A DNA stretch of 61,912 bases, counting the filler. It is 5 parts of 5 records of this genome, joined end to end, with 100 filler letters (N's around TTAATTAATTAA, not from the genome) between each part and the next. Parts side by side here need not be neighbours in the genome. Positions count along the whole stretch, not along the records: positions 10,203 to 25,556 come from SRR20825006_1276; positions 25,657 to 45,620 come from SRR20825006_1278; 3 more parts are not named here. One strand, written 5' to 3'. Within the stretch, counting starts at the first letter, position 1. Every line of letters starts with the position of its first letter. Below are positions 19,728-29,717 of this stretch, one piece after another. Below the pieces are notes generated by a model that saw only the letters and a program-made list of their open reading frames with translations, did not search any database and had not been told where the DNA came from. Position numbers and translations under genes: made by a program.

Positions 19728-21149
19728 TTAAAGAATGCCCCCCAGCACCGGATCAAGCAGTGCATCATCGACCTGATCGACAAGTCCACCATCACTGCCA
19801 TCCCCGCTACCAGTATCAAGCAGTCCACCAGAGACACCATCGACCGTATCTGTCACACCGCCCAGTAAGTCATCGCCGCCTGTTAAACCCTCGACCGTAC
19901 CGGTGACGCCACCCAGCAGATCATCACCGCCAGTTAGGCCATCAACTGTGCCTGTCACACCACCGAGTAAGTCATCACCACCTGTAAGGCCATCAACGGT
20001 ATCAGTCACTGTACCAACCACACCGTCTGTGCCACCAAGCAGACCGCCTTCTCCTCCGGTCAGACCATCAACTGTATCTGTGACCGTACCAACGACACCA
20101 TCAGTGCCACCAAGCAGGCCGCCTTCACCTCCGGTCAGACCATCAACGGTACCAGTGACTGTACCAACAACACCGTCAGTACCTCCGAGTGGCTCCCCAT
20201 CACCCGAGCCAAGCACCGGTACTCCACTGGTATCCAACAATCCTGCCAGATCAAATAGTTCGCCTTCGCCGCTGTCACTCACCGATAAAATGCCACCAGT
20301 GTGGATTACAAGTTGACCAACGCCTTCAACTGTTCCACCGACGCCAGCTAAGACCGCATTATTTTCATCTTTAAGATCGTTACCCAGAACGACAACGGCT
20401 GTGCCGACTTCGGTCAATATATTATTAGCAACAGGCCCGACAACCAGAGCCTCACCGACCACTTGTGTCGTGCCACCGATGTTGGTTACCAGCGGTCTTA
20501 CAACGGCCGTTAGCTCAGTTGTAAGTCCGCTTAAATGACCATCTTCCTGGATAAAGGCAACAGTCAGCGTGTCACCTGTTTCGGTGACTACCCCGCCCAA
20601 TGAATCTACGGTGCCACCGAGTGCTGTCAGCAAGCCTGTAGATTCATCAATTTGGGCAAAAACCGGTAATGTGTTCAGGCTTTCTACCGTATTTCCGGCA
20701 GAGGAAACGGCCTCACCAGTTTCTGAGACCGCACCGGATACGCCTGCCAATGTAGTACCAATGGCATTGTCATTCTCACTTAAGGAGCCAAGACCATCAC
20801 TCAGGCCATCTCCAATGCTGCTCACTGCCTCACCAGTGTTACTGAGAATTTCACCGGTACCACTGGTCACTTCACCTGTTCCCAGTAAGTCTATCTGACT
20901 TACAGTACTGCCCAGTGCCGTTACTGTTTCTCCCACGCCGTCAACAATGCCACCACTATCATCAACCAGAGTTTCTACCCCTGTGGTTGCGGCACCATCA
21001 CCACCACCTGTGTCACCACCACCGCCACCATCGACCATATCGCCGCCGCCGGAACTTTTGACTGATTTACTGCTGCTGCCGCTACAACCTACCGATAGGG
21101 ATAAAACCAAGCCTATTGTTATAATTTGCGCTAATTTCGTTTTTTGCAT
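19728..21149 (-). CDS. Gly/Val/Thr/Asp-rich repeat lipoprotein (putative TpsB passenger or anchor)
   Basis: GGAG RBS; lipobox LSVG-C; Ser/Gly tether; amphipathic V..TV..L segments; 25-aa and 17-aa C-terminal repeats; no Trp or Tyr. Confidence 0.82.
   Translation of the reverse strand: MQKTKLAQIITIGLVLSLSVGCSGSSSKSVKSSGGGDMVDGGGGGDTGGGDGAATTGVETLVDDSGGIVDGVGETVTALGSTVSQIDLLGTGEVTSGTGEILSNTGEAVSSIGDGLSDGLGSLSENDNAIGTTLAGVSGAVSETGEAVSSAGNTVESLNTLPVFAQIDESTGLLTALGGTVDSLGGVVTETGDTLTVAFIQEDGHLSGLTTELTAVVRPLVTNIGGTTQVVGEALVVGPVANNILTEVGTAVVVLGNDLKDENNAVLAGVGGTVEGVGQLVIHTGGILSVSDSGEGELFDLAGLLDTSGVPVLGSGDGEPLGGTDGVVGTVTGTVDGLTGGEGGLLGGTDGVVGTVTDTVDGLTGGEGGLLGGTDGVVGTVTDTVDGLTGGDDLLGGVTGTVDGLTGGDDLLGGVTGTVEGLTGGDDLLGGVTDTVDGVSGGLLDTGSGDGSDGGLVDQVDDALLDPVLGGIL
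19810..20190 (-). repeat. 75-nt x3 and 51-nt x3 tandem coding repeats
   Basis: 75-nt period at 20011/20086/20161 (GGTDGVVGTVTxTVDGLTGGEGGLL) and 51-nt period at 19861/19912/19963 (GGDDLLGGVTxTVxGLT). Copies differ mostly at third codon positions. Confidence 0.88.
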
Positions 21150-21265
21150 CTCTCCACCCTCTACAAGGTTTAATTAATCCATTAATACGAATATTCGATA
21201 TATTCGATGCCCTTATTGGCGATAATAACGAAAAGTTTAGTGATTTACTAATTGTTTTTCTGTTT

Positions 21266-21281
21266 TGTGATGCACATCACG
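21266..21281. promoter_or_regulatory. CRP/Vfr-like binding site
   Basis: TGTGA-TGCACA-TCACG, 9/10 match to TGTGA-N6-TCACA, in AT-rich DNA ~120 nt upstream of the lipoprotein gene. Confidence 0.6.
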
Positions 21282-21347
21282 TTTATACATAAAATTAGTT
21301 AAGCTCAGAGCTTATGAAAAGCGCCGCTCTCGCTCTGAATTCAAGGC

Positions 21348-21381
21348 AAAAAAAAGCCCCGGCTGGACAGCCGGGGCTTTT
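21348..21381 (-). terminator. pnp terminator
   Basis: A-run + AAAAGCCCCGGCTG-GA-CAGCCGGGGCTTTT, bidirectional-type hairpin. Confidence 0.88.
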
Positions 21382-21406
21382 CTGATTGAACTGTTCAGGA
21401 AATCAA

Positions 21407-23500
21407 TCAGTCTTCAGCAGTTTCGTTAACCGCTTTCATGCTGAGACGGATACGTCCCTGACGATCCACTTCCAGCACTTTGACTTTGATCATATCGCCT
21501 TCAGACAGCTTATCACCGACATTCTCAACCCGCTCATCAGATATCTGTGAGATATGCACCAATCCGTCTTTACCCGGCAGGATAGTGACGAAAGCACCGA
21601 AGTCCATCAATTTGGCAACACGGCCTTCGTAGATTTTGCCAACTTCGACTTCTGCAGTGATATCCTCAACACGACGCAGGGCAGCCTGACCAGCATCATA
21701 ATCTGCAGAGAAAATCATGACGGTGCCATCGTCCTGAATGTCGATGGTAGCACCCGTTTCTTCTGTAATGGCGCGAATGGTGGCACCACCTTTACCGATA
21801 ACGTCACGGATTTTATCCGCATTGATCTTAACCGTGATGATACGCGGTGCGAATTTTGACATCTCGGTACGGTGAGTGGAAATTACAGCGTTCATCTTAT
21901 CAAGAATATGCAAACGGCCATCACGCGCCTGGGCCAGTGCCGTACGCATGATTTCTTCGTTGATACCTTCAATCTTGATATCCATCTGCAGGGCAGTGAC
22001 ACCTTTTTCGGTACCCGCCACTTTAAAGTCCATATCACCCAGGTGATCTTCATCACCCAGAATGTCGGTCAGTACCGCATAACCATCTGTTTCCTTAATC
22101 AGACCCATGGCAATACCGGCAACCGGGGCCTTAATTGGCACACCGGCGTCCATCAATGCCAGACTGGTGCCACAGACAGAAGCCATTGAGCTTGAGCCGT
22201 TTGACTCGGTGATTTCAGAAACCACGCGGACAACATAAGGAAATTCTTCAGCCGTAGGCATGACCGCAGCGATCCCCCGCTTGGCCAGTTTACCGTGGCC
22301 GATTTCACGACGTTTCGGTGAACCAACAAAACCGGTTTCGCCAACACAGTATGGCGGGAAGTTGTAGTGCAGCATGAAACGGTCACGGTATTCACCTTCT
22401 ACCGCATCAATCATCTGCGCATCACGTTCAGCACCCAAAGTGGCGACCACAATTGCCTGCGTTTCACCACGGGTAAACAGAGCCGAACCATGCACACGCG
22501 GCAGTAAAGTGGTTTCGACAAAGATTGGACGAACACTGCTGGTATCACGACCATCAATACGAGGTTCCCCGTCAATGATTCTGCCACGAACCAGTTCTTT
22601 CTCCAGTTTGGAGAAAACATTCTTGACCTGTTCTTCAGTCAACGCTGACTCTTCAGTCACCAGCGCTTCAACAGCCGCACTGCGTACGTTACTCAATTGA
22701 TCCTGACGTGCCAGTTTGTCACTGATCGTATAGGCATCTTTAATGCCTTCGTATGCTTCTGCTTTAACGGTGTTGTAAAGCGTTTCGTCTTTCTCTGGTG
22801 CAGTCCAGTCCCAGGCCGGTTTACCGGCTTCAGCCTGTAGTTCTTTAACCAGGTTGATTGCGGTCTGCATTTGTTGGTGACCGAACATGACTGAACCCAG
22901 CATGACTTCTTCAGGCAGCTCAGAAGCTTCTGATTCCACCATCAGCACCGCACTTTCGGTACCAGCGACAACGAGATCCAGTGCGCTCTCATCCAACTGT
23001 GCTTTGGCTGGATTCAATACATACTGACCATCTACATAACCAACACGGGCAGCACCCAGCGGGCCGTTGAATGGAATACCCGAAATAGCCAGTGCAGCAG
23101 AAGCGCCAATCATGGCAGGAATATCAGGATCGATTGCCGGGTCCAGTGCTACCACAGTCGCGATAACCTGAACTTCATTAAGGAAACCTTTTGGAAACAG
23201 CGGGCGAAGCGGACGATCAATCAAACGGGAAGTGAGCGTTTCTTTTTCGCTCGGACGACCTTCACGTTTGAAAAAGCCACCCGGGATTTTACCGGCAGCA
23301 TAGGTCCGTTCCTGATAGTTAACGGTTAAAGGAAAAAAATCCTGGCCGGGAGAAACCTCTTTTTTACCGACCACAGTAACCAGTACCGAGGTTTCGCCTA
23401 GGCTGGCAATAACGGCGCCGCCTGCCTGACGGGCAATTTTTCCGGTTTCCAGACTAAGCTGGTGTTCACCGAACTGAACTGTCTTCTTTACTGAGTTCAC
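21407..23500 (-). CDS. pnp: Polyribonucleotide nucleotidyltransferase
   Basis: [50 protein letters not shown], then KH and S1 domains. GTG start at 23500. Confidence 0.98.
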   Translation of the reverse strand: MNSVKKTVQFGEHQLSLETGKIARQAGGAVIASLGETSVLVTVVGKKEVSPGQDFFPLTVNYQERTYAAGKIPGGFFKREGRPSEKETLTSRLIDRPLRPLFPKGFLNEVQVIATVVALDPAIDPDIPAMIGASAALAISGIPFNGPLGAARVGYVDGQYVLNPAKAQLDESALDLVVAGTESAVLMVESEASELPEEVMLGSVMFGHQQMQTAINLVKELQAEAGKPAWDWTAPEKDETLYNTVKAEAYEGIKDAYTISDKLARQDQLSNVRSAAVEALVTEESALTEEQVKNVFSKLEKELVRGRIIDGEPRIDGRDTSSVRPIFVETTLLPRVHGSALFTRGETQAIVVATLGAERDAQMIDAVEGEYRDRFMLHYNFPPYCVGETGFVGSPKRREIGHGKLAKRGIAAVMPTAEEFPYVVRVVSEITESNGSSSMASVCGTSLALMDAGVPIKAPVAGIAMGLIKETDGYAVLTDILGDEDHLGDMDFKVAGTEKGVTALQMDIKIEGINEEIMRTALAQARDGRLHILDKMNAVISTHRTEMSKFAPRIITVKINADKIRDVIGKGGATIRAITEETGATIDIQDDGTVMIFSADYDAGQAALRRVEDITAEVEVGKIYEGRVAKLMDFGAFVTILPGKDGLVHISQISDERVENVGDKLSEGDMIKVKVLEVDRQGRIRLSMKAVNETAED

Positions 23501-23579
23501 TCTTCTTTCCTTATCTTTCTTCATTTTCAGCCCCGAACCTGTTCCGGCACTGATTAAAAACGACAAACTGTATAAACGA

Positions 23580-23616
23580 ATATGCCCCTGAAACTGCAAC
23601 AGCTTCAGGGGCATAT
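23580..23616 (-). terminator. rpsO-pnp intergenic hairpin (terminator or processing stem)
   Basis: ATATGCCCCTGAA-N11-TTCAGGGGCATAT. Confidence 0.6.
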
Positions 23617-23687
23617 CTTATATCATCAACCCCGGCCTATTAATGTCGGACGTGGGTCGTTGCATATAATCGGTCACTAACTTCAAC

Positions 23688-23957
23688 TTAGCGACGCAGG
23701 CCTAATTCAGCAATCAGGGCACGGTAACGCTCGATATCGGTTTTTCTCAGGTAATCAAGCATCTTACGACGGCTGCTGACCATTTTAAGCAGACCCTGAC
23801 GTGAATGGTGATCGTGAGCATTGATTTTGAAATGATCTGACAGATTGTTGATGCGGGCAGTCAACAGGGCAACCTGGACTTCCGCAGAACCCGTATCACC
23901 TTCAGAACGTGCGTGTTTGCTGATAATTTCTTTCTTTTGCTGTGCAGAAATTGACAT
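23688..23957 (-). CDS. rpsO: 30S ribosomal protein S15
   Basis: [40 protein letters not shown]; 89 aa from MSISAQ. Confidence 0.98.
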   Translation of the reverse strand: MSISAQQKKEIISKHARSEGDTGSAEVQVALLTARINNLSDHFKINAHDHHSRQGLLKMVSSRRKMLDYLRKTDIERYRALIAELGLRR

Positions 23958-24040
23958 TGAATACTCCAACTTTTTTGCAGCCTTTTGGCTAGCAGTTAAA
24001 TTCTGAACTGTTCCAGCCGATCTCAACCGGAACAGCCAAC
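23948..24040 (-). promoter_or_regulatory. S15 autoregulatory leader (gammaproteobacterial type)
   Basis: Hairpin CTGTTCC..GGAACAG containing GAGATCGGC, as in the E. coli rpsO leader. Its GGUUGA can pair with UCAAUU just after the AUG. Confidence 0.55.
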
Positions 24041-24096
24041 CCTTCAAGAGCTGCGAATTTTACCGACATTCTCGTTGCTAAACAAGGAGAACGTCA

Positions 24097-25020
24097 TCAA
24101 ACCGCAGCGACAAATAAACGTTTTGGCTTGACTACACCATCTGGCGACATCTCACCCAAGCCCATAAATTTTTCGTTCTGGTCAAACAGACGAACATTTG
24201 CGCATTCATAGTCCTGCTCAACCTGAATCGCCTGACCAAAGCTCAGTGTTTTGCTGGCGGCTTCGTCCAGATTAATCACCGGCCAGTCGGGCAAGGCATC
24301 CTCTGCGGCTTCCAGCTGTTCATCAAGGGCAGCCAGTTCACCTCTTTCTCGGCTTTCAGACAATTGCTCAAGACTGACGGCATCACTAAGCGCGTAGCCC
24401 GCAACCCGGGTTCGGCGCAGCATGGTAACGTGTCCGCCGGTTCCCAGTTTATGACTGATATCTTCAACCAGAGTACGGATATAGGTGCCTTTGCTGCAAC
24501 GGACTGACAGTGTAAAACTATCCTGGTTACAGTCCAGCAATTCAATAGCGTAGATTTCTATACGTCGCGCTTTCCGCTCGACTTCCTTACCCTGCCGTGC
24601 CAACTTGTACAAGGGCTGCCCCTGATGCTTGAGGGCAGAAAACATCGGTGGCACCTGATCCTGCTGACCAATAAAATCTTCCAGGATCTGTTTCAGCTGC
24701 GTTTCGTCAAACTCGGGAACAGCTTGTTCTTCAACGACTGCACCATCAGCATCACCACTGTCTGTAGTCACACCCAGTTTGCAGGTAACGGCATATTCCT
24801 TGTCGGCTTCAAGCAAATACCCGGATAACTTGGTCGCTTCTCCCAGACAGATAGGCAAAACACCGCTCGCCAGGGGATCAAGGCTGCCGGTATGTCCTGC
24901 TTTTTTAGCATCAAACAGGCGTTTAACCTGTTGCAGAACATGGTTAGAGCTGTGACCGCTGGGCTTATCGACGACCACAATACCTGTGATGTCACGCCCT
25001 TTTTTATTACGTCTTGCCAT
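24097..25020 (-). CDS. truB: tRNA pseudouridine(55) synthase
   Basis: DKPSG, KAGHTGSLDPLASGVL, QVPPMFSALK, CSKGTYIRTL. Confidence 0.98.
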   Translation of the reverse strand: MARRNKKGRDITGIVVVDKPSGHSSNHVLQQVKRLFDAKKAGHTGSLDPLASGVLPICLGEATKLSGYLLEADKEYAVTCKLGVTTDSGDADGAVVEEQAVPEFDETQLKQILEDFIGQQDQVPPMFSALKHQGQPLYKLARQGKEVERKARRIEIYAIELLDCNQDSFTLSVRCSKGTYIRTLVEDISHKLGTGGHVTMLRRTRVAGYALSDAVSLEQLSESRERGELAALDEQLEAAEDALPDWPVINLDEAASKTLSFGQAIQVEQDYECANVRLFDQNEKFMGLGEMSPDGVVKPKRLFVAAV

Positions 25021-25034
25021 TCTAATTCAGTTAA

Positions 25035-25412
25035 TCAGTCGTCTTCCTGACGGTTGGACGCATTCGCCCTGGCAATCAGATCATCCATCTTAAAGCCATG
25101 CTCGAGGCTTTTATCGTAAACAAACTGGAGTTCGGGAATGTTACGCAGCTTAACCCGGCCGGCAAGACCCCGACGCAGGTAACCGGCAGCGCTGTTGAGT
25201 CCTTTGATACATTCTGCGGCATCCTGTTCGGACTCAAAACCATTAAACCGTGTCACGTAAACCTTGGCATACTTAAGATCAGCAGTGACATCAACATGTG
25301 AAACCGTGACCATACCGACCCGTGGATCCGAGATCTCACGCTGAATCATCAGCGCGAGTTCCCGCATGATTACTTCACCGAAACGGTTTGTGCGACTGTA
25401 TTCTCTTGCCAT
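25035..25412 (-). CDS. rbfA: 30S ribosome-binding factor A
   Basis: DPRVGMVTVSHVDVTADLKYAKVYV, LRNIPELQFVYD; infB-rbfA-truB-rpsO-pnp order. Confidence 0.97.
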   Translation of the reverse strand: MAREYSRTNRFGEVIMRELALMIQREISDPRVGMVTVSHVDVTADLKYAKVYVTRFNGFESEQDAAECIKGLNSAAGYLRRGLAGRVKLRNIPELQFVYDKSLEHGFKMDDLIARANASNRQEDD

Positions 25413-25555
25413 TAGAGTGTTGGTTTCACCTCAACCCGCTCGAATACTTCGATCTGGTCGCCCGGTTTAACATCTTTGTAGTTCTTAACACCGATACCAC
25501 ATTCAACACCGGCATTGACCTCGTTAACGTCATCCTTGAAGCGACGCAGAGATTC
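25412..25555 (-). CDS. infB: Translation initiation factor IF-2, C-terminal fragment
   Basis: Manual translation [52 protein letters not shown] overlap with rbfA. Confidence 0.95.
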   Translation of the reverse strand, partial: ESLRRFKDDVNEVNAGVECGIGVKNYKDVKPGDQIEVFERVEVKPTL

Positions 25556-25556
25556 C

Positions 25557-25656
25557 NNNNNNNNNNNNNNNNNNNNNNNNNNNNNNNNNNNNNNNNNNNN
25601 TTAATTAATTAANNNNNNNNNNNNNNNNNNNNNNNNNNNNNNNNNNNNNNNNNNNN
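25557..25656. other. Artificial contig spacer
   Basis: 44 N + TTAATTAATTAA + 44 N. Confidence 0.99.
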
Positions 25657-25754
25657 CTCTAACTTATTGAATCTACGCATCGTTCTTTCCGAGAATCGAT
25701 TCCGATTTTCGAAAAGAACGATGCGCTAGACGGCCGAAACATAAGGACCCCAAA

Positions 25755-27203
25755 ATGCAAGAAACCTTTACCCGGGCCAAACCGAAATTCGACCGCGCCG
25801 CCCTGAAACCGCGCATCGTTCATATCGGCTTCGGCGCCTTCGCCCGTGCGCACCAGATGGTTTATCTGCAAGAAGGGCTGAACCAGAATGGAGGCGATTG
25901 GGGCGTTATCGCTGTGCGTCTGAACTCCGGCGCCGAAGAACTGACTGCGCTCGATGATGCGGGCGGAACCTACACCGTGGCCGAAATTGATGCTGAAAGT
26001 GTTACCGCACGCGAGATCGGCGTTGTTATCGGCACCTGCCATCCAAAGCGCGACGGCATCGACACGCTTCTGAACTACATCGCCAGCGACACCATGTCAG
26101 TCATCAGCCTGACCATTACAGAAAAGGGCTATTGCTGCCGGAACGGGCAGCTGGACCTTCAGAACAGAGGCATCCAGGCCGATCTGGCCAACCCGGACAC
26201 CCCTTCCACCGCGATTGGTGTCATTGTCGCCGGTCTTGCCCGCCGCAAACAAGCCGGTCTTGGCGGGCTGACAGTGCTGTCCTGCGACAACCAGCCGGAC
26301 AACGGCAAACTGGCGCGCGCTGCCGTGCTGCATTTTGCCCATGAGCGCGACCTGGCTTTGGCGAATTGGATCGACGCCCATGTGACCTTCCCGTCCACCA
26401 TGGTTGACCGCGTGGTTCCCGCACTTGATGACTACGGCAAAAACCTGTTGCTGGAACTCAACGAAGGCCGGGAAGACGAAAACGGTATCGTCTGCGAGCC
26501 GTTCCGGCAATGGGTTGTGGAAGATGACTTTGCCGCCGGACGGCCTCCCTATGCCGAAGGCGGCGCGATGCTGACCGATGACGTGCGCCCCTACGAAATG
26601 ATGAAGCTTAGAATGCTGAACGGTGCGCATACGTTTCTCGCCATGCTTGGCAGCCTTTCCGGCCTGGAAACGGTTTCGGACTGCATGGAAGATGCGGTCT
26701 TCCGCAAGGCCGCCCGTCAGATCATGCTATCCGAGCAGGCTCCCACCCTGCCGCCGATTGAAGACGTAAGCCTTGAAGACTATGCCGACGCACTGGTCCA
26801 CCGTTTCGAGAACCCGAAGCTGAAACACCGCACGGCGCAAATCGCCTGGGACACCAGCCAGAAGCTGCCACAGCGTGTACTGCATGGTATTGCCATCAAC
26901 ATTGACGATGCCCGTCCATGGCCGCTTCTGGCACTCACAGTGGCAGGATGGATCCATTTCATCCGCCAGAAGCAGGAAGCCGGTGACACGTTGACCGATC
27001 CGATGGCCGATACATTGCTGGAGGCCGCACGCACATTCGAGGGCGACGCACTGGTTGACCAGATCCTTTCGGAAGAAAGCATTTTTGACGAGCAACTGCG
27101 CCGCGAACCCGCCTTCCGTTCTGCCGTTGTCGGCGCGTATCGCATGATTGCGGAAAAAGGTCCGCGCACCATGGTGGAAGCCATTATCGCATCCGATCCG
27201 TAA
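25755..27203 (+). CDS. Mannitol dehydrogenase family oxidoreductase (UxuB/fructuronate reductase-like)
   Basis: IVHIGFGAFARAHQ, SLTITEKGY, LSCDN, FPSTMVDR, EPFRQWVVED, KLRMLNGAH, DTSQKLPQR. Confidence 0.92.
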   Translation: MQETFTRAKPKFDRAALKPRIVHIGFGAFARAHQMVYLQEGLNQNGGDWGVIAVRLNSGAEELTALDDAGGTYTVAEIDAESVTAREIGVVIGTCHPKRDGIDTLLNYIASDTMSVISLTITEKGYCCRNGQLDLQNRGIQADLANPDTPSTAIGVIVAGLARRKQAGLGGLTVLSCDNQPDNGKLARAAVLHFAHERDLALANWIDAHVTFPSTMVDRVVPALDDYGKNLLLELNEGREDENGIVCEPFRQWVVEDDFAAGRPPYAEGGAMLTDDVRPYEMMKLRMLNGAHTFLAMLGSLSGLETVSDCMEDAVFRKAARQIMLSEQAPTLPPIEDVSLEDYADALVHRFENPKLKHRTAQIAWDTSQKLPQRVLHGIAINIDDARPWPLLALTVAGWIHFIRQKQEAGDTLTDPMADTLLEAARTFEGDALVDQILSEESIFDEQLRREPAFRSAVVGAYRMIAEKGPRTMVEAIIASDP

Positions 27204-27206
27204 AAG

Positions 27207-27240
27207 CCAAGCCCCGCCGGAGCGCTCCGACGGGGCTTGG
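27207..27240. terminator. Hairpin between convergent genes
   Basis: CCAAGCCCCG-CCGGAGCGCTCCGA-CGGGGCTTGG. Confidence 0.7.
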
Positions 27241-27268
27241 ATCAGCTTGAAACAAGCCCTAAGAGAGA

Positions 27269-29404
27269 TCAGGCAAGCACGGCCAGCAAGAGCAAAGCCA
27301 TGATATTGGTGATCTTGATCGCCGGATTTACCGCCGGACCGGCCGTATCCTTATAGGGATCACCAACCGTGTCGCCGGTCACCGAAGCCTTGTGCGCCTC
27401 GGACCCTTTTTCATGAACAACGCCGTCGGCATCGGTAAACCCGTCTTCAAAGCTCTTCTTCGCATTATCCCAGGCACCGCCGCCCGAGGTCATGGAGATC
27501 GCAACGAACAGGCCATTGACAATCACACCGAGAAGCGATGCACCAAGAGCGGCAAAGGCTGAAGCCTTGGAGCCGGACATGAGCCAGACGCCGAAGAAAA
27601 CGACCAATGGCGCCAGAACCGGCAGCAATGACGGCACCACCATTTCCCGGATGGCGGCCTTGGTCAATATATCGACGGCACGGCCATAATCCGGCTTTTC
27701 GGTTCCGGCCATGATTCCGGGCTTTTCCTTGAACTGACGGCGAACCTCGACAACAACGGCACTGGCTGCACGGCCAACCGCTGTCATGGCAATACCACCG
27801 AAAAGATAAGGAATAAGACCGCCGAAGATCAAACCGGCCACAACATAGGGGTTCGACAGCGAGAACGAGATATCTCCCATATTCGCATAGAACGGATACG
27901 TGTCGCCATTGGCAGCAAAATAAGCCAGATCGTTGGAGTAAGCGGCAAACAGAACCAGCGCACCGAGACCCGCAGAACCGATGGCATAGCCTTTCGTTAC
28001 CGCCTTGGTGGTGTTTCCGACCGCGTCCAGAGCATCGGTTGATTTACGGACTTCCGGCGGCAAACCGGCCATTTCGGCAATACCACCCGCATTATCGGTG
28101 ACCGGCCCAAAGGCATCGAGCGCAACAATCATGCCCGCCAGACCAAGCATGGCCGTCACCGCGATACCGGTTCCGAAAAGCCCTGCAAGCTGGTAAGTGC
28201 CGATAATGCCACCGCAGATCACAATGGCCGGAAGCGCTGTGGCTTCAAGCGATACGGCAAGCCCCTGAATGACATTGGTACCGTGACCGGAAACCGAAGC
28301 CTGGGCAATGGACGTGACCGGACGCTTGCCGGTTCCGGTGTAGTATTCGGTGATGACAACAATCAGCGCCGTTACAATCAGCCCGACGATGCCACACAAG
28401 AACAAGGCCAACCCGGTGATATCGCGCCCTGCGACCTCGCCAAGCGAGCCGAAGCCGACCGTCAGCCAAGTCGCGAAACCAAGCCCGACAATGGAGAGCA
28501 GTCCGGTGACGATCAGGCCGCGATAAAGTGCTCCCATGATCGAACCGTTGGCACCGAGCTTGACGAAGAACGTGCCGATGATCGAAGTAATGAGGCAAAC
28601 CGCGCAAATCGCCAGGGGAAGCAGCATCGCATTTGCAAGAAGCGGCGATGCGGCAAAGAAGATCGCGGCCAGAACCATGGTGGCAACCACAGACACCGCA
28701 TAGGTTTCGAAAAGGTCTGCCGCCATGCCGGCGCAATCGCCAACATTGTCACCGACATTGTCGGCAATCGTGGCCGGGTTGCGTGGATCATCCTCGGGAA
28801 TACCCGCCTCAACCTTGCCGACAAGATCGCCGCCGACATCGGCCCCCTTGGTAAAAATACCGCCGCCCAGACGGGCAAAAACCGAAATCAGCGAAGCGCC
28901 GAAGCCAAGAGCCACCAGCGCATCAATAACCTCACGCGTCCCCGGCGCGAAACCTGCGATCTCTGTCAGGTAAAAGAAGTAGACCGAAACGCCCAGAAGC
29001 GCGAGACCGGCCACGAGCATACCGGTAATCGCTCCGGATTTAAACGCGATATCGAGCCCGGCCGGCAGGCTGTAGGACGCCGCCTGCGCTGTGCGGACAT
29101 TGGCGCGAACCGAAACATGCATTCCGATAAATCCGGCAGCACCGGAGAGAACCGCACCGATCAGAAATCCGACAGCAGCATAAAGAGACAACAACAGCCA
29201 CACCAATACGAAGACGACGACGCCAACAATGGCAATCGTTGAATACTGACGTGCAAGATAAGCCTGCGCCCCCTCCCGGATATAACCGGCGATTTCCTTC
29301 ATGCGCTGGGTGCCCTGATCGGCCACCATGACGGACCTGATCGCCCACAACGCATAAACAATCGACAACAGGCCGCTGACAATAACAGCGATAAGTATTG
29401 CCAT
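27269..29404 (-). CDS. hppA: Membrane-bound H+-translocating pyrophosphatase (K+-independent signature)
   Basis: [51 protein letters not shown]. Confidence 0.96.
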   Translation of the reverse strand: MAILIAVIVSGLLSIVYALWAIRSVMVADQGTQRMKEIAGYIREGAQAYLARQYSTIAIVGVVVFVLVWLLLSLYAAVGFLIGAVLSGAAGFIGMHVSVRANVRTAQAASYSLPAGLDIAFKSGAITGMLVAGLALLGVSVYFFYLTEIAGFAPGTREVIDALVALGFGASLISVFARLGGGIFTKGADVGGDLVGKVEAGIPEDDPRNPATIADNVGDNVGDCAGMAADLFETYAVSVVATMVLAAIFFAASPLLANAMLLPLAICAVCLITSIIGTFFVKLGANGSIMGALYRGLIVTGLLSIVGLGFATWLTVGFGSLGEVAGRDITGLALFLCGIVGLIVTALIVVITEYYTGTGKRPVTSIAQASVSGHGTNVIQGLAVSLEATALPAIVICGGIIGTYQLAGLFGTGIAVTAMLGLAGMIVALDAFGPVTDNAGGIAEMAGLPPEVRKSTDALDAVGNTTKAVTKGYAIGSAGLGALVLFAAYSNDLAYFAANGDTYPFYANMGDISFSLSNPYVVAGLIFGGLIPYLFGGIAMTAVGRAASAVVVEVRRQFKEKPGIMAGTEKPDYGRAVDILTKAAIREMVVPSLLPVLAPLVVFFGVWLMSGSKASAFAALGASLLGVIVNGLFVAISMTSGGGAWDNAKKSFEDGFTDADGVVHEKGSEAHKASVTGDTVGDPYKDTAGPAVNPAIKITNIMALLLLAVLA

Positions 29405-29636
29405 TCCTCAATTCCTTCCCTTTGCGGCGTCCTCCGGTATCCACCGGTCGCCGAATTGTTTGCGGGACAACCTGACAGGAGCCGCCCCTCTCCCGTGGGC
29501 CTGAACTTTTTAGCCAAACCGCCCCCACATGATTGGCAAGCCGCAAACAACCTCCCCGTCTTGCCAACAGACATGAAAAAGAGTGATGCGCGGCGCTGGT
29601 TGCGTCAAGTGCCGGGTGCAACAATAGAAGCCGGGA

Positions 29637-29670
29637 AACAAAAGAGGCTTTGCGATATCGCAAAGCCTCT
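29637..29670 (-). terminator. nusB terminator
   Basis: Perfect 28-bp palindrome AGAGGCTTTGCGATATCGCAAAGCCTCT (29643-29670) with a U-rich tail on the minus strand. Confidence 0.7.
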
Positions 29671-29717
29671 GCAAAAATTCAAACCGATTTAGAGGAATAT
29701 TGACCGGAGTTTGCCAA

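Noticed and set aside
19810-20190. Tandem repeats as a CRISPR array
   Set aside because: The units are in-frame coding repeats with wobble-position variation. There are no unique spacers and no cas genes.
19903-20316. Pro/Ser/Thr-rich plus-strand ORFs (also 16895-17326)
   Set aside because: They are antisense shadows of the Gly/Thr/Val-rich minus-strand genes, which have an RBS and signal peptides.
16789-21149. Calling the Gly-rich repeat proteins collagen-like
   Set aside because: There is no sustained Gly-X-Y triplet pattern and little Pro. The periods are 17, 21 and 25 aa.
23501-23614. N-terminal extensions in the ORF track for pnp (and similarly tpsB, rpsO, gluQ, pduO, rlmJ)
   Set aside because: The extensions run through terminators, leaders or neighbouring genes. 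Homology and RBS position support the downstream starts given in the features.
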